Shown here: in pieces, positions 24,501 to 36,706 of the stretch
Numbering within the stretch: position 1 is the stretch's first letter
Layout of the letters: every line of letters starts with the position of its first letter
DNA from: Phoronis australis
Lineage: Eukaryota > Animalia > Phoronida
Direction: 5' to 3'
NCBI GenBank assembly: GCA_002633005.1
Contig: NMRA01001136.1
Location: 1 to 50,623 of the forward strand
DNA length: 50,623 nt
The notes under the pieces: model-generated
Told to the model about the DNA's origin: nothing
The model's input: only the letters and a program-made list of their open reading frames with translations
The model's database searches: none
Program-made: the position numbers and the translations under genes

Positions 24501-25590
24501 TTATGCAAGAAAATGGCGTTTACTAGATTGTTTTTCACTTAAACGGCTGCCACGTGCAAGGTAAGTGCTGGTTAACTCACAGATTTTGTGTGCACAGGTC
24601 GACGGTCGTTAGCTCTACCGTGGAGTATTATAGTCCAAGGCTCGATCTACATGTTGTGGACAAGGTGAACTACCCGGGCTGTGTGAAATTTCTGGGTCTA
24701 ACGGAGACACTGACGCAGTGGTCAGCCAGCTCGCTGTATCAAGACTATAGCCAAAATCCAAATTCGTTTTATCGTGTCCCTGTCAATAATAACGGCATGC
24801 TAAAGTTTCTTAATTTTCGTTCTTCAGCAACATAAGAATCACGTACATACGCGCACGCCGCAGATCACATCTCGGAAATTGCCGATTTGACGGATGACAA
24901 TGAATGAGCACAATGAAATTAAACAACCTCGTTTTACAGCTTGTAAGATTCATAATAAACGTATTTTGAATATTGCAATGCATGTGTTCCAAAATCTAAA
25001 TAACTTGGGTCCTATATTTTTGTATTCGTGCGCGCCGAATGAAAGTAATCGTGAGTGTTGCTGTGTTGCAAAATCTCTTATCCTGGGCCGATTTGAAAAA
25101 TTCAAAATTGTACTCATATTTGTTTTCGCTCCTCTTTTCAAATATTACAGTAAAAACTACGTAAAACTCTCTCCATAAAAAGTACAGTCTGCTAGGTAGA
25201 TTGTAATCAGGTGATCATATCCGCATGAGCGAAGCCAATTATCCTCGCTCGTGACTCGATGAATAGAGCAGCTCTTTGCGGCATCCCTTTGATCGTGAGC
25301 CGAGCGCGACTCAGCCAAGGTGTAAAAATACGGTCTAGTTCAATTTTCCAATCCCGACCGTTTACCTTGACCATTGGGGTTAGGACCAATCTTATTTAGT
25401 GGGATTGTTTATAGCATGTTGGAAAATGGGGGGGGGGGGNNNGGCTGTGATGACGTAATTAGAAGCTTGACGGGGGTATATCATGAAAGGTGGGAAATTT
25501 TGGATGACGTATAATGTGAATGCTCCCTTAGTAAAATGTCCCTTAACTTGCTGTATGACTCGCCTCGCTTATAAGTCTCGTGAGCGTCTC

Positions 25591-26031
25591 GCGTTATGGC
25601 TTGGAACGCACCCAGATAAACAAGGAGATTGCTTGGCAATACCTGTATGTTTACAAAACAAGACTTGTTGATCCAACCAACAAAGATAACTATAAAATAG
25701 TAAACATTTAACGACGAGCGTCGGTACTCAAATATATTAAAATATTCCCCACGTTTCGAGCGTTGCGCTCTTTGTCAAGGGTACGATACAAAGACTGCCC
25801 AATAGATGGATCGCACAGGTGACTGCATGGTGGTACAAAATCGGCAGCAACTAGGCTGGATCACTGTACGCATGACAATGACCCGTGAATCGCATTATGG
25901 CTTGGAACGCATCCAAAACAAGGAGGTTGCCTGGCAATGCCCGTATGTTTACAAAACAAGACTTGTCGCCGTATCTATCCAACAAAGAAAACTAGGCTGG
26001 GTCACTTGTGCGTATAACAATGACCTGTGAA
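25591..26031. repeat. Short ~140-bp tandem repeat interrupted by a small insertion
   Basis: 'ttatggcttggaacgca...tttacaaaacaagacttgt' at ~25594 and ~25895; 'actaggctgg.tcact...acaatgacc.gtgaa' at ~25850 and ~25991. Confidence 0.75.
25747..25781 (-). ncRNA. Hammerhead-like relic (U3-A8 variant, G at position 17)
   Basis: Minus strand CCC-UUGACAA-A-GAGCG-caa-CGCUC-GAAA-CG-UG-GGG. Lies in a 101-bp segment flanked by ACAAAGA direct repeats (25680-25686, 25788-25794). Confidence 0.55.
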
Positions 26032-26805
26032 GTACCATTCATCCATTGCACGTTTTTAAGCCGACGTTGGGGTCTTTCATGCTTTGGATATTGTTTAAAC
26101 TTGTCACAACCACCACAAATTTTCACTCAAGTAACCGAAACTGAACGCGACATGCAACTAGTGAATTTTTGTTGCGAGAGGACATTACCAAATATTCAAA
26201 CCATTACTGGCGAAATTGTTATTCACCTGGCAGACAGCCGATTTTGAAAAGAGTTAGCCTGGTGAAAATCGAGTCACGGCACAATGAACATGAACTGAAA
26301 CACGAGATTACACCGACCAAGGAGTGTACGAAGAATAGGAGTACACTCTGCCATCTTGCCATTTGCCGCAATGGTTATCGTTCGAAAAACTAGCGTCCCA
26401 AGCGGCGAATAAGCAACACTAATTTAGCGGCCAAGTCCGAACCACAGGCGTCCTCGGCTTCTGATCGTCCCCAATACACTACATATAATACTACAAGGTA
26501 TGACACTTCGGACTTGAAATTCCACGGGTGCTTCACTTCAGCCGTCCATAGCAAACATAAAACTCAATAAATTTGCACAAAACAGGGGTTCAACAAACCA
26601 AAGAATTGTTCTTTCTCCCAATACCATTCACGGTGTCTTGTTACGGCGACTTCGTAAGAAATTCGCAGTCAAAGAACAAAAATGTTCACAAAAAGCCCCA
26701 CACACGTTCTCCCTAGGCCCGTCGAGGTCAAGGACGGCACGGAAATTGCCGCTTTGTCGCGTAAAGTCACGATGTCGCTACTTCCGTAACTCACCGGCAA
26801 TTTCC

Positions 26806-29470
26806 GTAACCGTCCCGAAGTCTAATGGACGAGTACGCATCTGTGCGGATCTGACCCCTCTAAACAAACATGTGCAGCGTGAAATTCACCCAATGGCAAG
26901 CGTGGACGAAAACCTAGTTGAGAAACAGCCGAGTGTTCTCCAAACTGGATGCCAACTCCGGATTTTGGCAAATCCCGCTAGATCAAGAGTCGGAAGACCT
27001 AACCACCTTTATTTCACCTTTAGGCAGATACCGCATCAATCTGTTACCCTTGGGTATAACCTCCGCCCCAGAAATATGTCAGCCCACGATGTCATCGCTA
27101 CTACAAGGTCTTGATGGGACAGTATGTCATATGGACGATGTACTGATCCACGGATCCAACCAGAACGAGCATGATACCCGTGTCAGAGCTGTGTTTCGGC
27201 GGCTGCAGGATGTAGGGATCACCCTCAATGAGAAATGCAAATTCTCGAAAACAAAAATCACGTTTCTGGGTCACATCATCATCGGTGCGGGTATAGAAGC
27301 AGACCCAGAAAAAGTCCAAGCGGTGCGCCAGTTTCCACCTCCGACAAACATTACGGAGCTTCAGCGGTTCCAGGGCATGGTGAACCAACTTGCAAAGTTC
27401 ATACCGCAGTTGGCTTCTATCGAGTCTTACGACAATTGCTGAAAAAGAGCCAGAGTTGGATCTGGGATAGTCTACAAAAACAAGCGTTCCAGGCTGTCAA
27501 AGGCCTGCTCACGTCAACTGTGACACTTGCACACTACGATCCTCAGCGAGAAACCATAGTGGCAGCCGATGCCAGTCTGCATGGCCTCGGTGCAGTGCTT
27601 CTCCAGGTAGATCCGGAAGGGAACAGAAGGCCTATAATCTATGCATCCAGATCTCTATCCGAGACTGAAAAGCGATATGCTGTCATCGAAAAGGAAGCAC
27701 TGGCCGCTACATGGGCCTGCGAGAAATAAATCGATTACATCTTAGGCCTTGAATTTGCCCTGGAAACCGATCACAAACCTCTGGTACCCCTTCTGTCCTC
27801 AAAAAACCTGTCAAAGATGCCGCCCAGAATTCTCAGATTTAGACTACGGATAGTGAAGTTTAGTCCGAGGGTGTACTACGTAAAGGGTAAAAAACCAAAC
27901 TATAGCAGACGCGATGTCCAGGGCTCCTGTAGGAAAACCAACAACAGATGACGAGAAGAGGTAGAATCACAGGCCACATATACGGTGCGCTACCTACCTG
28001 CAACTGAGGTAAGGCTAAACTAGAACAATCAAGTACAAGCCAATGATCTTTTGCGCAGAAGTGATAAACTTGTGCCAGCATGGGTGGCCAGGGTTCTTAC
28101 CTCAGCAGCCACTCTTGAGACCGTACTATGAAAATCGTCAGCACTTGACAGTGACTGACAACCTGCTTATGTTCAACGAACGTATTGTGATTCCTCAGTC
28201 ACTCCAGCTTGAGGTTCTAAACCAGCTACATCAAGGTCGCTTTGGCATCACTAAATGCAGGGCGAGAGCTAGCGCTAGTGTTTGGTGGCCACTTCTCAGT
28301 AAGCATATCGAAGACATGTGCAAGCAATGTAGAACCTGTGTTATGTTACAGCCCGAGAAGAAAAAACCTTTTCTTCCCTATTCGTTTCCTAATTGAGCCT
28401 GGGAACGTGTGGGTACAGATCTGTTCGAGCTCAACAAACAGACATATGTTCTTGTGGTAGATTATTGCTCAAGATTGATTGAGATCAGACGGTTGCTACA
28501 AACTACTGCGAAACACACTATCGAAGCAATCAAGTCGATTTTCAGCATCCACGGTATACCGAACTTGGTCGTGTCCGACAACGGCCCCCAGATTTCATCA
28601 GAGAACTTCCGCAACTTCGGTCAGGAGAATCAGTTTGTACACGTCACGACATCACCGTTGTACCCTCAAGCCAATGTTTATGTAGAAGGGGCCGTGCAGA
28701 CTGCCAAGAATATTCTCAAGAAAAACTCCGATCCACATCTAGGATTTCTGGCTCATCGGTCAACTCCCATCCGTAACGGACCGAGCCAACTGTTAATGTC
28801 GAGACGACTACGCACCAGAGTTCCGACTACACTGACTCAGGAGCTCAAGACAACCGTCGTCGACGAACAAGCCCTTCACATGAAAGAACATCACTTGCGT
28901 TAACGGAATAAGCAGAATTACAATCTTCCCCACCGTACTGTAACACTACCATCCCTGTTACCTGGTGACCATGTTTTGAGTTCGAGATCAGAACAAGTTT
29001 GGTAAAGTTCTGGAACGACTTTCTTCATCTCCTCGGTCATACCGTGTGTCGACTGACTCCGCTCAAGTATTCGCCGTAATCGTTCGTCTCTGGTACATAC
29101 GCGAAACATCGACAAAAATGAGACCGACGCCAACATTGCTGTTGAGAAGTCGAAAAGCACCACACCGGAACGGCAGTGTTCCAAATAATTCCTCAGTGAG
29201 CTTAGACGATCTGGTCGCATCCATAAGCCTGTTGACAGACTGCATTTGTGATGAACTTTACATGGATTATAGATTGAACATTACAGACTATTTAACCGAG
29301 TTTCTAAAGTTTAGTTAAGTTAGACCGTTCGCTAACTTAAAGGGAGATGTTGTATTAGCTGACTTTGCCTAACCTCCCTATGTGGTTTCCCATTTATTGT
29401 AGTTGTTTCCCATGCATTGTACTGCATAGTGCTGCCTCCTATAGTTAATAAAGCTCTCTTGACCTTCACA
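26806..29470 (+). mobile_element. 5'-truncated Ty3/Gypsy LTR retrotransposon (RT-RNaseH-integrase pseudogene, PPT, 3' LTR)
   Basis: RT VPKSNGRVRICADL...FSKLDANSGFWQI...CHMDDVL; RNaseH ADASLHGLGAVL...YAVIEKEALA; integrase GTDLFE...VSDNGPQ...QANVYVE in Gypsy order; stops and frameshifts. No gag, protease or 5' LTR. Confidence 0.95.
29348..29470 (+). repeat. Gypsy 3' LTR (~123 bp)
   Basis: Polypurine tract AAAGGGAGA directly before TGTTG; internal AATAAA at ~29447; ends TTCACA. The right end is inferred because no second LTR is available. Confidence 0.65.
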
Positions 29471-29951
29471 TTGTTTTAATTTAAGTAGCACATCCTACAT
29501 CAACGTCCAAACGGTAATCTGTTACGGCAGCTTTTAAAATGGCATTATCGGCGAGAAAGAGATCAGCCTCAGCGCGGTTACAGTCTAACATTGAACTGTT
29601 GGAGTAAAATTGATAAATGGTGAAGTATCTCAAGCGTATTTCATTGACCTTGATTTCAGCGAATTTCTGCCGAGGAGTGGCGATTTGTTGTGAAATCACA
29701 AAAAACGACGGATTTCGTTGTTTTATTGCTCTGTTCAAAGCTAACAAGAAGATCATCTCACCTGACAATAATCCCCTAAAGAGGTTTTTCGGTCGTAAAA
29801 ACGAAAATGTCCCTTTGAAAGGTGTAGCGTCCCAGTATTTGGTCATGCCTTACACCCCTGAATCCGACCCTACACATTTTTATAATGAAATATAAAGGTC
29901 CATCGACTTGGTCTAGAATGGATCTTCTGATGCTATAAAGTCATTTTCCAG

Positions 29952-30082
29952 TGTCTGTGGTAAAGACAAGGAAGCTAAACAAGGTGGCATTACACTGAAA
30001 GTTTTGGGTCAATCCGGCAAGATCTCCATCCGACAGGATAAGCCACGGAAGAAGTCGATGACACTAGAATTCAACGATTTAA
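29952..30082 (+). CDS. SAARP/CARP4-like gene, first visible coding exon
   Basis: Acceptor ttttccag, donor gtgagt. Encodes VCGKDKEAKQGGITLKVLGQSGKISIRQDKPRKKSMTLEFNDL, with the GxSGK...FxxL motif as I recall it from SAARP. Phase-1 join to the next exon gives L-T-EVD. Confidence 0.8.
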
Positions 30083-32263
30083 GTGAGTTTTACAAATGAA
30101 AAGTAAAAAACGGCAGTTCTTCACTTATTTAGCACAAAATACAGCCGACAAGTGAAATTGTCTTTTGTCAAATTACTTCTTAAAGATGAAGATTAAGAAA
30201 TTTTTAGTCTATTACCGTAGCATGGTTTGTACTGTGTATATGTCATAAAATAACTACATTTAGAAGGGTGCCCACTATTTGTAGCTAAGTAATCAGCTTT
30301 TGGAAAATGGAAAAATGACGATTATTTTGTGCGAAATTAGTGGATAATAACCGTAGTCTCAAAATGGCATGTCCAAAATTGTCGATACCAATGGCTATTG
30401 AATGTGCTAAATATAATGGAGAAAAGAATACCAAATATCACATTCTTTTGCCTCGCGGAAGGCTGAAACGCACGTGTTATCAACTTAAATTCAAATCCCT
30501 CAGTGCGTTTATCTGAAAGTTAATTGAACACCATTAAATTGCGCAGTTATTGTTGTAACTGTCTGAGAAATTAGGAACCTCCAAGCCGTAAATCGTATAC
30601 TTCTTCTCGTGTCAAACTTCAAAGAAAAAACGATCTGTCAAACGCTTGTCACTTTGCCGGTTTCTTCTCATGATGCAACATGCATGGTCCTTATTTTGAA
30701 ATACGACATCCTGACCTGTTGACCCGAGTGCGAATGAAATTATGGTGACTTTGACAGAAGATGTAATGACGTAAGCGCATGCACACATACGTCATCAAGG
30801 GGAGGGAAAACTGAAAGGTTGTGGTAAACACAATCTTTTACTTCGAGTGTGTTTTCAATAACGGCAACTTAGCGATGTTTCGAGAAATTCTCTCCCAGGT
30901 CGAAGTTAATAACTCTCCCGTAGCCTACAGGTAGTTTCGACAAGAATTATTTTACCAAAATAGGTTTTTTCATTGAGTTTTTCGTTTCAGTGACCAACTC
31001 TTGATTAACGTAAATAAAACCCAAACAACAATTTTTACGCACTTTCTCACTTTATGTACTCTCTCTTACAATCACAGAGATCTGATTTATTAACACAGTT
31101 GCTGACAGTTGCGTCCTTGATCCTCAAAAGTTCAGAGTTGCACCGACATAGAGCCATGGGAGGTCAGCACGACCGGGCCAAGCTTCCCTCTTCATTGCAA
31201 AATGTCCTCCCCCGGTCAAATTTCATTTCAGTTTTGCGATTGACCTCCTTGTTCATTACAAAGCGCCCCTAGGTTGCCACCCATTTCAGCAAATGGTAGA
31301 AAATTTCGCGTTTGCCCCCCCTCCGCTCAATGACAGTTGCTGTCGCCTCATTTGCAAAGTAGACCTACTATTGATATGCCGGTCGATATGATACTGCCTC
31401 AACGACGCCGAATCAACAGAGCAGCTATCCTTACCGTCTTATGGCGATTCTTGGTAAGCCATGTAATGCCACGTCGCAGTCTAATCAACGATAGACCTAG
31501 TATGCGAATGAGGTAAACAGTGAACAAGCGACGACCACCGACAAATCACTGAGTTAGTTATCTTTGTGATGTACCGATCTCGATATTATTTAGTCACATT
31601 TGCAACCACTCCTTAAAACAATGGGCTAGGAAATAATCGTCAGGTCTGTTGAAATCTAAAAATAAGCTGTTATCTCAATGATTTTGGGTTGGAAAGAGGA
31701 TTATAGTACACGAAATTATACAAATTGATAAAAATAACAATAACATTGACGGCCAAACATCGATTTCCGAACTTTTTTGGGAGGTTTAGATGAAAAAGAA
31801 TACCAGAGACATAAGCAAAACAGCAATGAGCCATACCATCTGACACAGCGCTACCTACATGTATACTGAAAAATGCCCCTGTGGAAACATGATGAACGAC
31901 ACACGGAATTCCGTTAACCAATGAGAAGCCATGTCAAACAATATCCACTGTGCTACCTTTCGTAGCACAGTGAAAGAGTGTAAGTCGGCTATAGAGGACA
32001 GTGCGTTATGTTGGGTAGGCTGCATGGTGTCTTAGAGACAGTAAAGCTGTATAATACATATTAAAGACTTTTTACTGCAGTCCGTCTGCAAGTGTTGTTA
32101 GACTCTCCAAATCAAAAACGTTTGTGGAAATGTCGACAACTTCTCTCCAAGCTCGTTGATCAGAAACAGCAATTAGAAATGTTATTGGAATATCTGTTAC
32201 AGAGATCGAATAACAACCATATTTTTATAGCTTTTTCATCATCTCATTCGTTTCTATTTACAG

Positions 32264-32599
32264 CTGAAGTTGACTCAGCAGGGTCCGCCGTGGGATGCTC
32301 CGGCCATAGTTACCGCAAATTCCCCAATAACGACTTCACGTTCATGCCAGAGGATAAGCCGGAAGAGGTGGATTTTCAAAACATTAGCGCCTCTTACTTC
32401 AACTTTACCTCGGCGCTTCGTGCGGAGTCTACACTCACCGCCCATATGTACATATTCAAGGAGAGTGGAACGTACACAGTCAAAGATGAAGAGTTCAGCG
32501 TGGAGCGGGGAGTTGTGAAAATGAGCATTGAAATCCAAGACTGGCAGTTCTGTGGCACTGGTGCTGGGGAAGATTCCAACATGAAAAAGGGCAATGCAG
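32264..32599 (+). CDS. SAARP/CARP4-like gene, exon
   Basis: Acceptor tttctatttacag, donor gtatga. Encodes EVDSAGSAVG...HSYRKFPNNDFTF...FQNISASYFNFT...MYIFKESG...GVVKMSIEIQDWQFCG, matching the family pattern HS....F.F...YQN....NF...YIF...G.LKFNI.I..W.FC. Confidence 0.9.
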
Positions 32600-32788
32600 G
32601 TATGAAACTGCTGTTTCTTTCTATCGTGTCACCTTAAACCTTTGCACGTTATCAGTTTACAAGAAAATGGACTTCATAAGACCGCCACCCCAACGGACAT
32701 GACCAAACATAAGGAAAATTCTGGAACACGGCGTCGGCATGAAGGTTTTAGGGCTTACGCCGAAATTTTTCTTCGACAACGGCTATAT

Positions 32789-32944
32789 CAGGGCTGAGTT
32801 GCATAAAGCTTCAAAACTTATCCGCTGGATAAGTTTGATTGTTGCATGACGTCAGGTTCATTGTTTAACAATAACAACGTGACGCGTGATAATGCGACGT
32901 CATTGTTGCTATACGGCGTATAACTTTTATGCAATTGAGCCCTG
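32789..32944. mobile_element. Intronic MITE
   Basis: TIR CAGGGCTGAGTTGCATAAA / TTTATGCAATTGAGCCCTG; internal palindrome aaacttatcc-gct-ggataagttt. Confidence 0.75.
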
Positions 32945-34209
32945 CTCTCTGGCGACATCACAGTTCTGTTTTTATAATTGGTGGCTTCAAACCACCAAAC
33001 ATTACTAGGGATTCGACTCAAAATTTGCCAATCATGTGACACGCTTCGAATAAACTTAGAAAATTCACACGAATAACTTTAGTCATCGAAGAGGTCAGAG
33101 ATAACCTCGCGTATGGTGATGGGACTCTTTAATCTTCTCATTCCCCAATTGACCTATCGCCAGGATTTTGAGTGACGGCTTAACTGACCATTTAGAACAC
33201 AGCATTATTGACACACCTTCGTTTCCAAGCCGCCATTTTACCCGACAAACAACACGTTGCCGGGTAAAACTTATTGTTTGTTAGTCGACATTACGCAAGA
33301 GGGCGGAGCTTGCGATAGGCCAATTCCCAAGTTGCCAGCGACACCGTGTCTTGCTTGCCTCTCGAATGTTACGTTCACTCACGCATAAAATGCTGCCCTG
33401 AATCTTCCTTTGAGGGGCAAGTTTGGTCCCAAAATGCGTTTTTCTGCCGTGAAACCGATTATGTCTCTTTAAAATTTCACTCCTTCCTGTTAAGCTGTTG
33501 AAAAAATAACAAGACCAAAGCTATACCAATTACTCGTACAAAACCAATCTCAAAGTTTACTTTTCTGCTTTGAAGAACACTCCAGAGTATTTAAGGATCG
33601 GAAAACGCTTTAGAAAAAGTCACACACTCAAAGTATTTTACTCATGGCAATCTATTACAAATTTAAAATATTTAATCCTAAGTTATTTTCCAATACCTAC
33701 TGGGTGTTGAAACCGATGCCGTGATGGCAAGGTAATTTTTAAATCTATGGGCGACATGATATTCTCCAGGTGGCGCTAATGAAAAAAGGTGTCTCTTTTT
33801 GACACCTGAATACAATGAGAGCAGAAAGCAGATTCACATTCCTTAAACCAGGTTTCTCGAGTGAATTGGAATCACTGTTTCCGTTTCATAAACAAATATT
33901 TTTCTCTGCAAATGCAAGCTAATGTGTTGTGTCTACAGAACGCAGCCCTGTTCAGCAGCACGGGGACGTTATTCGTGTAACAGGGGGCCGGCGTGATTAC
34001 CTGAATGCAAGCATTTCTTGGGGAACATCCCTTGCGAATTTCGTACTCGCATTTCGATTGTCATATTTTGTCTGAAAATGAATGCACCCTTAAATATAAT
34101 TCACAACAAATTGTCCGACTGAACGTATCTGTCATAAGATATCCTAGAATATAATGTGTGCTTGTATGACAAAGCGGTAGCGGTACATGTTTCATTTGTA
34201 CTCTTTCAG

Positions 34210-34367
34210 GAGCAGCGATTGTCCTGAAGGTTGTTATTAAAGGTAAGCAGGGTGGAAAACCAAGAAAAAGGAAAGATGGAGAAAAGAAAAAGAATGGAAA
34301 AAAGAAGAACAAGAAGGTTTTAGAATTTGATTTCGGGGATGATATGGACTTGGACCTCTCATCTAAG
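34210..34367 (+). CDS. SAARP/CARP4-like gene, Lys-rich exon
   Basis: Acceptor ctctttcag, donor gtaaga; phase 1 in, phase 0 out. Encodes GAAIVLKVVIKGKQGGKPRKRKDGEKKKNGKKKNKKVLEFDFGDDMDLDLSSK. Confidence 0.88.
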
Positions 34368-34757
34368 GTAAGAAATAGGGGACATATCTGTGCGTGCGTA
34401 TTGCTGTCGTCTTCGTCTAACCGTGCGTGCGGAGTTGCATTTCCCTAAAGTCTTGAAGGATCTCGCCATTTTTGGAACAGATGGTCCTTTCCATTTCTGA
34501 CACGCCAGGTTAATCCAAGTTCTTGAGCCTGCTCCGCAAGCAATAAGGATAACGAACCCGCGCCAGCCTGGCTGATCCAGGGTGAGATGCCTAAATCAAA
34601 ATTTATGTTTGGTAAAGGGTAGGTTACTCGAGGTCTAGTTACGCTGCGGAATAATTATGAGTAGATAAAATAACTTGTTTATTGTATAGATGTTTTGTTA
34701 AGTTTACTAACCCATTGACACATAACCGCAAAACTGATTCTTGGTGCTGTACTGCAG

Positions 34758-34988
34758 GTGGTTATCGACGGGAGGATGAAGGAAATGACTACCGGACCCT
34801 CTTTGGAAGCTCTGGGCTCCAAGTCTGTGCTAACCTTCAAGTTTCCAAAAGGCAAGAATATCGTGTACGATCCGACATTCCACGTGGCAGACCCATCCGG
34901 CTACAGCCCGGAGAATAGTGCCCCCACCCTCACGGCTTTCTCCGCCTTGTTCATGATTATGCCACTGTTGGCGACAAAACTGTTGTAG
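34758..34988 (+). CDS. SAARP/CARP4-like gene, last coding exon with GPI-signal-like tail
   Basis: Acceptor actgcag. Encodes VVIDGRMKEMTTGPSLE...LTFKFPKGKNIVYDPTF (family F.FPK....YDP motif), then NSAPTLTAFSALFMIMPLLATKLL*: small-residue omega site, spacer and hydrophobic C-terminus. Confidence 0.9.
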   Translation: MVIDGRMKEMTTGPSLEALGSKSVLTFKFPKGKNIVYDPTFHVADPSGYSPENSAPTLTAFSALFMIMPLLATKLL

Positions 34989-35509
34989 ACACCATTGTAA
35001 CATACTTGATATCTGGCGAACTGAATTTGTACTCATTTTTACATGTTCAACTATTGTTGCTATTTTGTGTATCGCGTGTAAACGATCAGCTGTGAAGTAT
35101 GTGGATGAGATTCATGAAGGCTTCCATTAAGAACGAGTCCCCCTATTGGGCACTTTTAGAAACAAGTTTCGGAATCCGGCCATGGGGTTCTTTGGAGATC
35201 GTTGTGCACGTCCGCTGCATGTGGAAAACCAGGGTAAGATGTCGATGATTTCTAAATTTTTTAATTTAAAAGGACGTTAATATATTTCAAGTTGAAAAAT
35301 GTCAACACACCAGACTTTCTTCATACTAACTATACTGCTGACAAGGTGAAACATTCTCGTTAGGCTTACAACATTTTGCTGAATGAGCACGTTGCGAATA
35401 ACAGTACAATTTTCCTGGGGTTCTTTTCAGATACAAATCACTTCGGTAGAATGCCCCAGATGGCTCTTTTGGAAATCTCTGGTACTAGTTTAGCATAACC
35501 CTAAATTCT

Positions 35510-35515
35510 AATAAA
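35510..35515 (+). promoter_or_regulatory. Candidate polyadenylation signal of the SAARP-like gene
   Basis: First AATAAA I noticed after the stop codon (~520 nt downstream), followed by T-rich sequence. Could be chance in AT-rich DNA. Confidence 0.3.
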
Positions 35516-36542
35516 ATGTAGTTTTTGATTTATCCAGGAAAGTTCATTGTACTCGAATTAAATCTGGTCTTCTGGACAATACTCACAAAGTTAAATTCCT
35601 AGAACCTCGAAGGCATCACGCCTCCTTCAAATGCTACAGAAGATTGGCGGGACCCGTCGTCTCTTCCTTTCCCACGAGATCTCCGTCCTGTTACCAACCT
35701 CACGTAAACTCTCCTCCAAAGCAGGCGACAATTCGAACCGAGCTCCACCTTGTTTGTTAGGTGAGGGATTGAGTGATTTGGTGAACAAAGTCTCCCAGTC
35801 TCCTGAACACCGCTATGAAACCATTTTTTCTGTCCACAGAGAGTTTAATGTTGTGGGCATTGCCCAACAGACCATTTTTGTAATAAAAGACGTTTTTGTG
35901 GGTTAATCTTCACACATCAAGAGCAGCAGATGGTGCTGTAAACAACAGTGGCGTTCCTAAATCATCAAACGCATCTTTCAGAAAAGTCTTACAAAATGTA
36001 CACAAAAAGAAAACAGAAATTGGAAACCTTGTTTTTTCCAGGAAATTCAGTTCATAAGATTCGGAAAAGGGAAATTTTTAAAATCGGTTTAGGAAAGCTC
36101 CAGCAAGCAAAATAATTAGCGAGAATCAGGAAAAGTATTAAAAACTCGAAGATCATTTTACAAAATCACATGTCGTGGGAAAAATGGACCATCACAGCTA
36201 CAGTGGCTAAAAATTGTAGTAAAATATTTACACTTTCTTGCTAAGGAAACTGTATTCACAGATTAAAAATCTTTGAATGCGCCCTGAGCGCATGATCGAG
36301 CGCTCCCAAAATGAAGCCTGAGATCAGTCCTTGATAAACAAGACAGTTTTAAGTCTGTTATATTCCATCTTGTAGTATATCAAGGAACTTGCAAACATAT
36401 ATGTAATAGGAATTACTTACCTCATGCGGGAACAAGACGAACGAGTATCCTGCGTGAATTGAAATAAGGTGCCTATCAAACCTTATAAAAAACAAAGTTA
36501 TCAATCTTGAGAATTCGCAAAGACTAAAAATGTCGAAGAAAA

Positions 36543-36706
36543 TTATTTCTTGACCAAACAAATTGAAGGCCTTTGTATCTTTCTCAAAACTTGAGAATTT
36601 TGTATACTATTTTTAATTAAACGTTATTTCTTGACCAAAGAAATTGAAGGCCTTGGTATCTTTAGCAAAACTTGACAATTTAGTATCCTAATTTTAATTA
36701 AACGTT
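36543..36706. repeat. 81-bp tandem repeat, 2 copies
   Basis: 'ttatttcttgaccaaa.aaattgaaggcctt...ttttaattaaacg' at 36543 and 36624. Confidence 0.9.

Noticed and set aside
27126-27140. HMDD instead of YxDD in the Gypsy RT
   Set aside because: As I recall, CHMDD is a normal variant in some aquatic-animal Gypsy families, and this copy is dead anyway.
29617-29895. 92-aa ORF just upstream of the first SAARP-like exon as a possible signal-peptide exon
   Set aside because: Weak hydrophobic core, no convincing phase-2 donor, and no recognisable homology.
35600-36000. Coding-looking, more GC-rich stretch downstream of the gene
   Set aside because: Stops in the frames I read and no recognisable motif; cannot be assigned without a search.
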